A stretch of DNA of 64,000 nt from Chamaesiphon sp. (GTDB lineage Bacteria; Cyanobacteriota; Cyanobacteriia; Cyanobacteriales; Chamaesiphonaceae): NCBI GenBank assembly GCA_965246715.1, contig CBDFFH010000012.1, forward strand, positions 32,001-96,000. Direction: 5' to 3'. A program made the position numbers and the translations under genes. Below, one piece after another: positions 1-10,763 of this stretch (positions within the stretch are counted from its first letter, which is position 1; each line of letters starts with the position of its first letter). The notes below the pieces were generated by a model. It was not told where the DNA came from and made no database searches. It saw nothing but the letters and a program-made list of their open reading frames with translations.

Positions 1-531
1 GGCATAGAGATCGGTCAATCCGATTTTAACGATCTGTTCGTCACTCCGGCGATCGGGGCCGATTGCCGCCAGACAGAAATCGCGTTCTTTACTATGAGGA
101 TTTGGATCTGTAGTCTTTTCGTAAATATTTAGTACGACTGCTGTTTTGAGTTCGATTCGCCCCGTTTTATCCCACGGAAAATTTCGCACGATATGTTCCA
201 TTCGTACCAATCTGAGATCGCGCTCGAAGTCGCTACGTCCGCGAGCTGTTAACCGACTGAGTAAAGATGGTGGAGGCTCGGTAAATTGACACTCAATTTG
301 CCGATTTGACAATCCTTGCGCGATGCGCTGCAATCGTTCTCGCTCGCGGACTGGATCGATTGGTGCTGGTAATTTCCAGCCTTCAGTATCGATCGATTGG
401 TGGCGCGATCTCAATTCATGGACTAATTTTTGTTCGGCACCTGCTAGTCCACCCAGGACAACAGCATCTCTGGCTGGCGAATTTTGCCCGCCAAGTACGG
501 CATCAGATCGATCGGGTGTAGGAGAAGACAT
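1..531 (-). CDS. Hypothetical protein, 5' part (runs off window start)
   Basis: Manual translation from ATG 531: MSSPTPDRSDAVLGGQNSPARDAVVLGGLAG..., open for 177 codons to position 1. The DAVLGG..VLGG N-terminus is a recurrent cyanobacterial motif. Confidence 0.7.
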   Translation of the reverse strand, partial: MSSPTPDRSDAVLGGQNSPARDAVVLGGLAGAEQKLVHELRSRHQSIDTEGWKLPAPIDPVRERERLQRIAQGLSNRQIECQFTEPPPSLLSRLTARGRSDFERDLRLVRMEHIVRNFPWDKTGRIELKTAVVLNIYEKTTDPNPHSKERDFCLAAIGPDRRSDEQIVKIGLTDLYA

Positions 532-1499
532 ATTAGACAATGTTTAGATCTGGGATTGTTTTATTGTTCCCAATATCTTCTCGAATTTGACTTGTCGCGC
601 CAACAGATACATTGGCAACGTTACATAGCAACAACTTCGGCTTTGGAGACTCGATCTCAATCGGTTAGATTCAATCGTGATGTTTAGATCGCTCAGATGT
701 TAATGATACCCGATCGGTTAAACCGCTCGTCGATTGATAATGAGGAATTTCGTAAGTAATATAAACTTTCAATACAAAATGGAATAACTATTTTGAGTAA
801 AAGCCTTTGAGACTCGAAGCAGTATCTTCGGGTTTACCTGCGAGTGGGAAAATGAGAATACTTTTGAGCTTATTATTAGCAACTAACTCCTTCAATCGTG
901 GTAGTTGCTTGTCGGTAATCGAGATACCTGCATATGTTGTGGCATATTCCAACTCTGTTTGAAAATTGGCATCATTATATGCCTGAATGAATACTCGATC
1001 GACCTTCCATTTTTCCCAGTCGGCGGCAAAATATTTTTTCGCCCAATAGGGATTATGATGACAGAGATCGAAGCTGACATTCGGGTTAGCTTTTTTCATG
1101 TCGGATATCGTTTGTTGGACGAACGTAGTCAGATGAGCTGTTCTGTCTACTTTGCCAGGGAGTTCGGCATTGTAGCCGAGATAGTCATCCCATTGGACAG
1201 CGTTAATTTTGGGATATTTAGTAACGAATTCAGTGACGATTTTGCGGAAGAAAGTTGCTACTTCTGGTACTTCGACATCGAGGACATAATGCTCGACTTT
1301 ATCATAAGTGCGATCGACTCCAGGTACCAACCATTTTTTGGAGATTGCCAGATCGAAGATCGGACTATTTTTATCGATTTTAATCCCTTTTTCAAAGTAG
1401 GCGTGAACCTGCATTCCCTGTTTGTGAGCTTCATCGATCGTCCAATCTAGCCATTTATCTTGGAACTGATTGGGACAACTTTTATAACCTAAAAATTGT

Positions 1500-2914
1500 G
1501 GTTCTACCGAACTTACTATGCTAAATCAAGGATTGAAATGCCATGCTAGCAAACTTCTGATCTGAAAATTCTCAAAATTTCTAAACCCATATCCCATTCT
1601 TTTTATTAGCTTGAGTTTATTGTTAATTCCTTCGACGACTCCTTGAGTTGTTCTATTATCAAAATAGGCAATTATTTCACCAATCCATCTTTTAATAGTT
1701 CCACAACTCTTGGGGAATTTCCCACAAGCATTCTTGAGCCAGTCACACAAGCTTATTAGCCCATTTCCCCAATCTGTTTTTGATTCAAATATATCTCTAA
1801 ATAACTCTTTTGTTTTGTGCATTGCTGCTAATTCTGGAAAAACGTCTCCAATCTCTTTCAACTTCTCTTTTTGCAATTCATTCAAATCCGCTTCGTTTTT
1901 GAGTATTGCATATTTACTGTGAGTTAATGCTGCTAATTTCTTGTTCTTTTCATCTTTGTTCTTCACCCTCTCAGCCTCTCTTTTGATTTTAATTCTCTCT
2001 CGATCTAACTCTTCATTTATCTGTTTCATTACATGAAATCTGTCTCCAACCACTTCAGCATTTGGTATCAATTCATTTACCAGACTTTTGTATGATGAAA
2101 ATAGATCGATACTTACTTCTGTAATTTGGTTCAAAACCTCCGAACCCCAAGACTTCAAGCACTCACCAATACATTCTTGAGTCCTTTTTGGTAAGATGGC
2201 TATTAACTCTCTTTTTTCTAGATCTACTAACACCGCACAATAGTTTTTTTGCCCTTTAACAAAGGCAATTTCATCAATTCCTAGTCTGGTTAAATTCTCT
2301 GGCTTTTTTTGCACTAGATTTACCCCAGCTTTTTTGATTATTGTCTCCACTTCTTGCTCACTTAATCCATTTCTTTTGGCAACACTTTTAATATCACTAG
2401 CTAGACTCTCTTCGACAATCTTCTGCTTCATTCGCTCGGTGAAATGACTTCTCTTTTTGATGAAATTTAATTCCTCACTGAATTTTCGACCACAACTCAT
2501 ACACTTGAATTGACGACGATTAATTTTAAGGTAAACATCATGTTCACCGAATGGTAGATCTCTCACTGTTAATTAGTGATTCTCATGAAGTTTATTACTT
2601 TCAGTTCCACAATGAGGACACACTGCTTTTAATTGCTGATTTTCTAGATAAATAAAATAACCGATTTCATCTAAGATCTTATAAGCAGTGACGGTCATTC
2701 CGTCGATATTAAGAATTTCATTAATGGTTTTTAGTTGCGATTTGGATGACATAATGCAATTCAAGCTTATTTGTTGCCAGAAATCAAGATCTTACTATTC
2801 TATAATAAAATCTGTCATTTATGCTGCACCAAGCTTCCATAACTCAAAATTATCAATTTTGTCAATTAAACTTGATTCTTATCCACTACTTAGCATAGCA
2901 AGTTCGGTAGAGCC
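1500..2914 (-). mobile_element. ISL3-family insertion sequence, 1415 bp
   Basis: Terminal IRs GGTTCTACCGAACTTACTATGCTA / GGCTCTACCGAACTTGCTATGCTA (22/24). 8-bp TSD AAAATTGT at 1492-1499 and 2915-2922. Confidence 0.95.
1526..2764 (-). pseudogene. ISL3 transposase with one in-frame premature stop
   Basis: CPHCG zinc finger, LGIDE, SIDL, DRFHV and EGINNKLK motifs. The two ORFs share a frame: ...HENH-TAA(2573-2575)-LTVRDLP. Confidence 0.9.
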
Positions 2915-3561
2915 AAAATTGTTGCATCACTTCGCTATTATACATCGTGCAACCGTTACCCCAAACACCGTGAATGATGGTGTTGATACCTTGGCTATGG
3001 TAATAACGTACTCGTTTACGAATCGTCTCTTCGTCGGCATTATTAGTGATTTGATAGCGACTTAAATAGATGCCCCTAATTACTTTTTTATCCCAAGGAG
3101 TTTGGGGGACGGCGGTAGTTGCGATCGGGGTAGTAGGAGTAGGGGAAATTGCGCTCGAAGGTGAGGGACTGACTGATGGTTTTAGTTTGGGGGGATTTAA
3201 TACTTTGGTATCTGAAGGTAGTGTCGCGATCGGTTCTGGTTTGATGGCAACTACTGGCGATTGAGTTGCAATTGGTTTGGGTGAGGCTAAAAAAGGGATC
3301 GGTAATTTTTGAGCGACTGCTAATAATGGCTTGATATTTCCTTGGGGAATCAACCACCAATAGCCGCCACCTAACATGAGGAGAACTACCGAGATGGGAA
3401 TGTTGGAGCAACCGCAGCCTTTGTTTTTTTTGTCTGGCATGGGGGATAGGGGGTAGTGAACAGTGAGTAGGGATTTGTAGGAGCAGGTTTAGCCAGCAAT
3501 TTTTGCAGATCGTCAATAACATCTAAACAAAACCTGCCCTCATCTGAGTATTATGGATCTT

Positions 3562-5169
3562 CTAAATATCTAAACCTCGAATATACAGATGTTCGGGGTG
3601 TTCGATCGAGAATTGATAGTAGATTTTGGTTTTGGCGTTGGCGGGGAGATCTAGTTCCCAGGTTAGTTTACCCAATTCTCCAAGTTGAATTTGGGGGGAG
3701 ATTTTGAGTACTTTGACTTTGATTTGTTCGTTGCGGCTATGGGGGAGCTGGTCTTCGATTTGGATGCGATTGGGGGTGGCAAGTAAATTAGTTATTGTCA
3801 GGCGATAGGCGAAGGTAATCCGGCGATTGCCGCCGATAAATTTTTTATCGACTTGGCGTTCGATTAATTCACGATCGATCTTGATGCCTTCATCTACACC
3901 TAAATTGAGTTTGAATTCTTGTCCAGGGGCAATATTTTCTAAATTAGTCTTACCAACAAACATATCGTCGCGGAAAATATTTGCGGCTCCTGGCAAGAGT
4001 GTCGCTCCGTCGGGGAGATTTTTGGCTCTGGCTTGGAGGTAGGCAAAACTTACCAAGCGCGGCATGGCGATATATTCTAACCTACAGGGAAATCGATCGT
4101 GTAAAATCGTGACTTTATGTGGGTTGCCGTCGCTGGGGATATTTCCACCACCTGCTAGTTGAAATGTCACCACGCTTCCCTGCTGTGAGACGTCAGCGAC
4201 AACGGTTTCGGCTGTATAGTTCAGTGTGGGGATGTCTGTGTCATCTGCTTCGCTAAATGCGCCGCCTGCGGGAGCTGCGGCGACCGCAAAATCCATGTCT
4301 GCATTTCTTCGCATCCTCATCATTGGCGCAGACGGAACGGGTGCGGGTACGTCGATGTACCAGGGGTTGAGTTTGGGTGGGAGCGTTCCTAGTCCTGGTT
4401 TGGCGGTGGAGAGGATGAGGTTGACATGCGACCAATCTTCGCCGGTGGTTTGGGTAATTTCGGCGAGGTAATTGAGTTGGATGGTATCGCTGGCACTTTG
4501 GACGCGCAGATCGTAGAGGGGTGTCCAACTGGCTCGATCGATAACGTAGACTACCTCTAATTGAAATTCGCCTGCGCCTGTGGGTTCGATGCCGACTCTG
4601 AGTTCTAGGCTTTCTTTACTATAGGGGGTTTGCACTTCCCGTAATTGCAGTTGGAGACTTTTGAGTCGCTTGTCGATTTGGCGTTGCTGGTGCTGCAAAT
4701 CTTCGGTTGCGAGGGCGTATTCGGAGTTTTTGGTGCCGATGAAGGTGAGGAGATTTTGGGTGTCTTCTAGCCCGATTTGTTGGCTGGCGAGGCTGCGGGA
4801 GAAGGTGGTTTCGGTTTTTTCGCGCAAGCCGTAGATGAAGCTCGATTGGAGGGCGAGGGTGTTAATTTGATATTGCAGATGGCGTTTTTCGGTTTCTAAG
4901 CGATCGATTTCGGCGGTGAGTTCGGCGATCCGCTCGACGACTGGCTCGATGGTGTATTGGCGATCGGTTGTGACTCCTTGCAATTTGACGGGGATTTGTC
5001 CTTTGCCGCTGATGCGGATCGATTCGGGGTCGAGGGTGGGTGGGAGGTCGAGGAGGATGAGTTGGCGTTCGGTTCCGGTGAGGTTGATGGTTCCTTGGCG
5101 GGTAATTAGGGCGCGATCGGTGTAGACTGTCACTGCGGTAATTTGAGTGGCGATCGATGGCGATGTCAT
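3562..5169 (-). CDS. Mucoidy inhibitor MuiA family protein (DUF4140/DUF4139)
   Basis: ITAVTVYTDRALITR N-terminus, coiled coil, ASWTPLYDLR and QTTGEDW motifs. Confidence 0.85.
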   Translation of the reverse strand: MTSPSIATQITAVTVYTDRALITRQGTINLTGTERQLILLDLPPTLDPESIRISGKGQIPVKLQGVTTDRQYTIEPVVERIAELTAEIDRLETEKRHLQYQINTLALQSSFIYGLREKTETTFSRSLASQQIGLEDTQNLLTFIGTKNSEYALATEDLQHQQRQIDKRLKSLQLQLREVQTPYSKESLELRVGIEPTGAGEFQLEVVYVIDRASWTPLYDLRVQSASDTIQLNYLAEITQTTGEDWSHVNLILSTAKPGLGTLPPKLNPWYIDVPAPVPSAPMMRMRRNADMDFAVAAAPAGGAFSEADDTDIPTLNYTAETVVADVSQQGSVVTFQLAGGGNIPSDGNPHKVTILHDRFPCRLEYIAMPRLVSFAYLQARAKNLPDGATLLPGAANIFRDDMFVGKTNLENIAPGQEFKLNLGVDEGIKIDRELIERQVDKKFIGGNRRITFAYRLTITNLLATPNRIQIEDQLPHSRNEQIKVKVLKISPQIQLGELGKLTWELDLPANAKTKIYYQFSIEHPEHLYIRGLDI

Positions 5170-5271
5170 GGTAATTTTGGGGGGATTTTGGGGATTGATA
5201 TAGTTAAGTAGATATTAATCTAAAGTTTGGACGGGTGCTTTCCTGGGGGGTGTTAGTGGGTGGAACCCGGA

Positions 5272-5329
5272 TCTGGGGGGTGGCCTCCCCCCAGACCCCC
5301 CCGTTGAAGGGCGGAGTGCCGCCCCTCAA
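5272..5329. repeat. GC-rich double-hairpin intergenic element (REP-like)
   Basis: TCTGGGGGG(5272-80) pairs with CCCCCCAGA(5287-95); TTGAAGGGCGG(5304-14) pairs with CCGCCCCTCAA(5319-29). Confidence 0.55.
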
Positions 5330-5504
5330 ACTCCCCTGCACAAGGGTTTGTTTGTTGGCAGCGGGGCGCGCTTCGCATTAGCTCTGCACTGTGGGTCGAT
5401 CTCTGGGTGAGGGATGGCTTGTTGAAAAAAAAACTTATAAAAATAGACTTCCAACTTACTTCTAGCCACTATCCCCTATCCCCTAAAACACCAGTAACTT
5501 TGTT

Positions 5505-7154
5505 TTGATGCAAGATGTGAAAGCGATGTATTCTGCCCCATTGTCAGAAATTACTACTGTCGCAGCAGAGCGCGGAACGATCGAGCAATTGCTGGCGATT
5601 GGTACTGCGCTATCTGATTGTCTGAATTTAACCGAATTGCTCGACTTGATTTTAACCAAGAGTCGAGAAATTACTTGTAGTGATGCGGGTAGTGTCTATT
5701 TGATCGATCGGAGTGGGAGCGAACCAAAATTAATCTTTAAAGCCGCTCAAACTGATTCCCTCCCGAATATTTCGTTTCAGTTGGCAAGTATTCCCCTCGA
5801 TCTCGAGAGTCTCGCTGGCTATGTAGCAACTACAGGGGAGAGTCTGAATATTCCGGATGCTTACGCGCTACCGCAGAATGTGCCGTACAAGTTCGATCGC
5901 CATTTCGATCGCGAGTTTGCTTATCGCACGGTATCGGTGTTGGTATTACCGATGCAAAATCGCGATGGTGAGACAATTGGGGTACTGCAATTGATCGATC
6001 GCAAGCTTAATGCTGCACTGAGAATTACGCCAGATAATGCGCTGTCGATTACTCAGGCTTATTCTGATTGGGAGCAACAGATCGTCCGCTCGCTGGCTTC
6101 TCAAGCGGCGATTTCGATCGAGCGCAATTATTTATTGGAAAGTATCGAGGAACTTTTTGCTGGGTTTGTGACTGCATCCGTCCAAGTCATCGAAAGTCGC
6201 GATCCCAGTACGGCGGGACATTCGGAGCGAGTTGCCCAATTGAGCGTGCGGCTGAGTCGGGAAGTCAGTGCCGTGACGATGGGGGTGTTTGAGTCAGTGC
6301 GATTTAGCGATCGCCAAATCCAAGAAATCCGCTATGCAGCGATTCTACATGATTTTGGTAAGATTAGTATCCCCGAAGCGATCGTCCAAAAAGGACAAAA
6401 ACTCTATCCGCATCAACTAGCGGAACTCAGCTACCGCTTCAATCTCGTCCGTCGCACCTGGGAACTGGAGTGTGCCGAGCGCAAGTTTACTTATTTGTTC
6501 GATTTGCAGCATCAGCACCAGTCAAAAGCAGATTGTCCACACTGTAATTATCTCAGCCAACTCGATCGCGATTTGGTTGTCAAACTCGATCGATTACAAG
6601 CCTACTGGGAGTTATTAAACAAGCTCAATCGACCTGATGTGGTGCTAGATCGAGAATTTTCCGAAACGCTGGACACGATTGCCCTCGATCTCCAACAACT
6701 CTCGGAGTATACCTATCGCGATCTTGCTGGCAATTTACAACCCCTGCTTACTACCGCTGAGATCCAGCAACTGCTGATTCCACGCGGTTCGCTCACTCCC
6801 GCCGAACGGTTGGTAGTAGAGTCACATGTTAGTCATACTTATGACTTCCTCAAAAAAATTCCCTGGACGAAACACCTCCAAAATGTCCCCAAAATTGCTG
6901 GCGCGCATCATGAAAAATTAGATGGTAGCGGTTATCCTCACGGACTAACTGCGAGCGAAATTCCGCTCCAATCACAGATTATGACGATCTCGGATATCTA
7001 CGATGCGCTCACTGCTGGAGATCGACCATACAAGCCACGGTTGTCGATCGATCGCGCATTGGCGATTTTGCATCAAGAGGTAGCCACCGGCAAAATCGAT
7101 GGCGAGCTATTAGCGCTGTTCGAGCAGCGAGAAGTGTATATACTTTCAAATTAA
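5505..7154 (+). CDS. GAF + HD-GYP cyclic-nucleotide phosphodiesterase
   Basis: N-terminal GAF domain; GHSERV, LHDFGK, HHEKLDGSGYPHGL, DIYDALT and RPYK motifs. Confidence 0.9.
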   Translation: MMQDVKAMYSAPLSEITTVAAERGTIEQLLAIGTALSDCLNLTELLDLILTKSREITCSDAGSVYLIDRSGSEPKLIFKAAQTDSLPNISFQLASIPLDLESLAGYVATTGESLNIPDAYALPQNVPYKFDRHFDREFAYRTVSVLVLPMQNRDGETIGVLQLIDRKLNAALRITPDNALSITQAYSDWEQQIVRSLASQAAISIERNYLLESIEELFAGFVTASVQVIESRDPSTAGHSERVAQLSVRLSREVSAVTMGVFESVRFSDRQIQEIRYAAILHDFGKISIPEAIVQKGQKLYPHQLAELSYRFNLVRRTWELECAERKFTYLFDLQHQHQSKADCPHCNYLSQLDRDLVVKLDRLQAYWELLNKLNRPDVVLDREFSETLDTIALDLQQLSEYTYRDLAGNLQPLLTTAEIQQLLIPRGSLTPAERLVVESHVSHTYDFLKKIPWTKHLQNVPKIAGAHHEKLDGSGYPHGLTASEIPLQSQIMTISDIYDALTAGDRPYKPRLSIDRALAILHQEVATGKIDGELLALFEQREVYILSN

Positions 7155-7512
7155 TATTAACTCGGTCTAGCGCAGAATCGCTGTTGCGATTTAATACCAA
7201 TTAAAAAACGATCCGGACAGATCGATCGACTCCAGAGACAGCCTGACTTCCCCAATCCAAAATCCAAACAAGTATTACATGATTTTATTGATAAATCACC
7301 TTGGTCTTGGGTAGAATATGGCTTTGTTTCTCACTGGTTTAAGCCGATCTCGTCTGGTACGGAGCATTGAAGCGATCGAATAACTCGACCGTGGTAATCC
7401 CTGTTACTTGCTGGCGTTTCTTTGGTGGATTGTCAATAAGACAAACGAAAAGAGTTCCAACAAAGCCTAAACACCTTGCCGAAACCCTTTTCTAGTGCTG
7501 TTTTTACCCTAG

Positions 7513-7586
7513 TCGGAATGAGAGGATTCGAACCTCCGACCCCTGCTTCCCGAAAGCAGTGCGCTACCAAGCTGCGCTACATTCCG
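7513..7586 (-). tRNA. trnP: tRNA-Pro (anticodon CGG), CCA not encoded
   Basis: Reverse complement CGGAATGTAGCGCAGCTTGGTAGCGCACTGCTTTCGGGAAGCAGGGGTCGGAGGTTCGAATCCTCTCATTCCGA folds as a cloverleaf with a GTTCGAATC T-arm. Confidence 0.97.
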
Positions 7587-7778
7587 ATGTTAATGATATC
7601 AGCATAGTATTGTATCACTAAAGTTTTGGTTCTGCGTAAAAATGCTCGAAATCTTTGGCGCAGCATCGCTGCTGGCGACATGGAATGAGAATCGACTTTA
7701 AATCATTCTCGAGCTAAGTAGGCTAGAATGTTCATCTGGAAACGATCTTTACAAAAAATATCTTGAGAGGCTTGTAAG

Positions 7779-7916
7779 ATGCGAATCGATCGATTGTTGA
7801 TAGTCGGTGTTCTGACTGGATGTGTCATGACGGGCTGCAAAGGCAAAAAAGAAAACACAAAACCTGCCGCAACACAAATTAATAATGTTTCTGGTCAGAT
7901 CTACAATAAGCGCTAG
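7779..7916 (+). CDS. Putative 45-aa small lipoprotein
   Basis: MRIDRLLIVGVLTGCVMTGCKGKKENTKPAATQINNVSGQIYNKR; GAGAGG RBS at 7765-7770, lipobox-like xTGC, terminator just downstream. Confidence 0.5.
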   Translation: MRIDRLLIVGVLTGCVMTGCKGKKENTKPAATQINNVSGQIYNKR

Positions 7917-7940
7917 CTCGGCTCCGCCCATATATTAAAA

Positions 7941-7973
7941 GGAAAGCTCCCCGGATCGTCACGGGAGCTTTTT
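7941..7973. terminator. Probable bidirectional intrinsic terminator
   Basis: AAAGCTCCC(7943-51) / GGGAGCTTT(7963-71) stem with A/T flanks, between the small ORF and ndhD. Confidence 0.7.
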
Positions 7974-7991
7974 AGACGAACACTTGCAGAT

Positions 7992-9572
7992 TTAATTAAC
8001 GATCTTTGGTGCTTGGTGAAACTGGCCGATTGCAGCAATCGGATCGGCCTTTTTGTGTGCGATCGTGGGAACGGAATCGCGTAGATGTGCGGTTAATGTC
8101 GTAGTTGTCGAATCATAAATCTGCGTCAGTAGCTTGGGATATAAACCCACACCGATAATCGGAATCAGCAGACAGGCAATAATAAATACCTCTCTGGGTT
8201 CCGCATCGACTAACTCTTCATGTTCGACCAATTCTTTGTTTTCCGTACCGTAGAAAATTTCCCGTAGCATCGACAGCAGATAAATCGGTGTGAGGATCAC
8301 CCCAACAGCAGCAACGAGTGTCATGATGACCTTAAATTGGAGATTGTAGGCATCGCTGGTTACAAAACCGACAAATACCATCAACTCAGCAACGAAGCCG
8401 CTCATTCCCGGCAACGCGAGGGATGCCATCGAGCACACCGTAAACATCGCGAAGATTTTCTTCATTTTTTGCCCGACACCACCCATCTCATCTAGCATCA
8501 GCGTGTGCGTGCGATCGTAAGTAGAGCCAACGAGGAAGAATAAACTCGCCCCAATCAGTCCATGCGATACCATTTGCAGCATTGCACCGCTCAAACCGAG
8601 ATCGGTGAAGGAGGCAATCCCAATCAACACGAATCCCATATGCGAAATTGAGGAATAGGCAATCTTGCGTTTGAGATTCCGCTGGGCGAATGAAGTCAAG
8701 GCTGCATAGATAATATTTACCACTCCCAAGACAATTAACACGGGTGCAAATGCGGCATGAGCGTCGGGTAACATTCCAGCATTCATCCGAATCAGGGCAT
8801 AACCGCCCATTTTCAATAGAATTCCGGCCAGCAACATGTGGACGGGTGCGGTAGCTTCACCGTGTGCATCGGGGAGCCAAGTGTGCAATGGAATAATTGG
8901 TAACTTGACTCCATAGGCAATCAATAATCCCGCATACATCCAGAGCTGGAAATTTTGGGCATAATCTTTTGCCGCCAATGTGCGCATATCGAAGCTGACG
9001 GTATCGCCATAAAATCCCATCGATAAGGCAGCGACCAGGATGAAGAGGGAGCCGCCAGCGGTATAAAGGATAAATTTGGTCGAAGCGTACAATCGCTTCT
9101 TCCCGCCCCAAATCGACAGGAACAGGTAAATCGGTAATAGTTCTAACTCCCAAACCAGGAAAAATAGCAACATATCTTGAACGGCGAAGACAGCAATCTG
9201 TCCACCGTACATGACTAACATCAAAAAGTAGAAGAGTTTGGGTTTGAACGTGACTGGCCAAGCCGCTAAAATTGCCAAGGTGGTAATGAATCCCGTCAGC
9301 AACACGAGTGGCATCGAGAGACCATCTACCCCAACCGACCATCTTAAATCTAGTTGTGGCACCCAGGTATAACTCTCTACCAATTGCAACTGGTCGCTAT
9401 GAATGTCATAACCGTTGCAGAAGGCATAAACAATCAGGGCAAAATCTAGCAATCCGACAATCAGAGCATACCAGCGAACTGTCCGCCCATTTTTGTCCGG
9501 GATGAAGGGAATTGCAAGTGAGGCTAAGACTGGAAATAAAATAATCGTCGTCAGCCAGGGAAAGTTAGTCAT
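7992..9572 (-). CDS. ndhD: NAD(P)H-quinone oxidoreductase subunit 4 (NdhD1/D2 type)
   Basis: [30 protein letters not shown] and [10 protein letters not shown] motifs; highly hydrophobic. Confidence 0.97.
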   Translation of the reverse strand: MTNFPWLTTIILFPVLASLAIPFIPDKNGRTVRWYALIVGLLDFALIVYAFCNGYDIHSDQLQLVESYTWVPQLDLRWSVGVDGLSMPLVLLTGFITTLAILAAWPVTFKPKLFYFLMLVMYGGQIAVFAVQDMLLFFLVWELELLPIYLFLSIWGGKKRLYASTKFILYTAGGSLFILVAALSMGFYGDTVSFDMRTLAAKDYAQNFQLWMYAGLLIAYGVKLPIIPLHTWLPDAHGEATAPVHMLLAGILLKMGGYALIRMNAGMLPDAHAAFAPVLIVLGVVNIIYAALTSFAQRNLKRKIAYSSISHMGFVLIGIASFTDLGLSGAMLQMVSHGLIGASLFFLVGSTYDRTHTLMLDEMGGVGQKMKKIFAMFTVCSMASLALPGMSGFVAELMVFVGFVTSDAYNLQFKVIMTLVAAVGVILTPIYLLSMLREIFYGTENKELVEHEELVDAEPREVFIIACLLIPIIGVGLYPKLLTQIYDSTTTTLTAHLRDSVPTIAHKKADPIAAIGQFHQAPKIVN

Positions 9573-9579
9573 AGGCGTA

Positions 9580-9614
9580 ATGAATTATGAATTATGAATT
9601 ATGAATTATGAATT
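9580..9614. repeat. Short tandem heptamer repeat (ATGAATT)n, STRR-type
   Basis: About five consecutive ATGAATT units immediately upstream of the ndhD start. Confidence 0.85.
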
Positions 9615-9858
9615 CATTAAATTATGTAGCCAGACATAATTAATTATAAAACTCTATTAAGGCTGGCTGCACTCAGCAGCTAGTCTCGAGTCTATTAATC
9701 TGTCAGAGAATATTTTTTTCGCGCTACTTATCTGGAATAAAGATAATTTTAGGCACTACTTTTTAGCGTTGAGCTGCAAGTACCCATACCTTTTAGCCAC
9801 TATAGGCGATCCCCAGAAAGTGAGCGGAGGATCTCACAATTCCTTAACAAACAATCAG

Positions 9859-10220
9859 CTAATATTTTGGCGGGGGTCGGTGCAGTTGGCCGATAATTCG
9901 TGGCGGTTGCTGGCTGGGTTTGTCGCTTTCCAAACTCGGTGTCTGACTTACGATCGGACTCGGTTGCGGGGGGGAGATTATCCACCGGAACTTGGCGGGG
10001 TTTTGGTTGTAAGGGTTTGAGATCGGCAAGTTCGGCCTCTGTACCCGCACGATGTTCTTTGGCCGCAATCGTGAGATTTAGCGCCGATTTGAGTCAATTT
10101 TGTCGATCGGGTATGAGATCGATTGACTCAGTAGCGTGACTGAATTGTTATACGTATTGTAGTGGCTCGATTCAGGTTTGACATTAATTAATAGTTGCTA
10201 GAATAGTCTCGATGCTAAGA
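9859..10220 (-). pseudogene. Decayed paralogue of the repeat protein at 10764-11168
   Basis: Frame-shifted pieces NVKPES, SVTLLSQSI, LIPDRQN*LKSALNLTIAAKEH, PQPSPIV and PPRIIGQLHRP align in order with NVVRAES, SVDNLSQTI, LDPAHQDLVTSALHRAIASKEN, PQPSPSPII and PRPMINGRIRNP. Confidence 0.65.
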
Positions 10221-10222
10221 TC

Positions 10223-10675
10223 TCAGTTTTGATATCCAGAAACATCGATCGCCTGATACAACTGTTCAGACACATTGTAGTTGTCTCTTACTACCTGTAA
10301 ACAGCGTCGGCAAGCTTCCTTTCCTTCTTGATGCCACCATCGACAGTTAGCCCGAATCGGACAAGGTGGCAAGCTTTCGGTAACGGTTGGCAATCCATCG
10401 ACGATGCGCCCGATTAGGCGACACTGCTTACCATCGAAATGCTGGCAATCATGTTCGATACAGGTAGCTGCAATCCGAAAAATTTCAGTTGGTTTAACAG
10501 GTGATTCGAGCGTCAATAGTTCGGGCGGAATTTGCTTGGTTTGCGGTAGATGCACGAGTTCGGGTCGATCTGGAGTTCCCGTCACGATTCCGAAGATTAC
10601 GCTGTCATCCATCTCTGGCTCAGCACTCGGACACATCAAATATTTTGCTGGTTTTGACACTCGATCGCCTGTCAT
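10223..10675 (-). CDS. Cys-rich (8 Cys) cytoplasmic protein, putative metal-binding; family often labelled 'nitrogen fixation protein' without evidence (from recall)
   Basis: CPSA...C-x4-C-x-HF-x4-C...C-x5-CRWW-x-QEG-x3-C-x2-C pattern; AGAGG RBS; no signal peptide. Confidence 0.8.
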   Translation of the reverse strand: MTGDRVSKPAKYLMCPSAEPEMDDSVIFGIVTGTPDRPELVHLPQTKQIPPELLTLESPVKPTEIFRIAATCIEHDCQHFDGKQCRLIGRIVDGLPTVTESLPPCPIRANCRWWHQEGKEACRRCLQVVRDNYNVSEQLYQAIDVSGYQN

Positions 10676-10763
10676 TAATTTACCTCTAGGGGATATTCTT
10701 GATAATTATTTGTAAATGTCTGGAAACTCCATCGCGTTCTGAACGAACGATCGACTTTGCACC

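Larger units (their letters stand above)
788..3440 (-). pseudogene. Glycoside hydrolase family 10-like (GHL10/DUF187) gene interrupted by ISL3
   Basis: N-part has IRGIYL and GINTIIHGVWGNG; C-part has AHKQGMQVHAYFE and VQWDDY. Removing 1500-2914 plus one TSD restores ...VMQQFLGYKSCPNQ... in frame (about 409 aa). Confidence 0.85.

Noticed and set aside
7430..7586. tRNA-Pro as an integration site for an island or prophage
   Set aside because: No integrase and no duplicated tRNA 3' end seen in the window.
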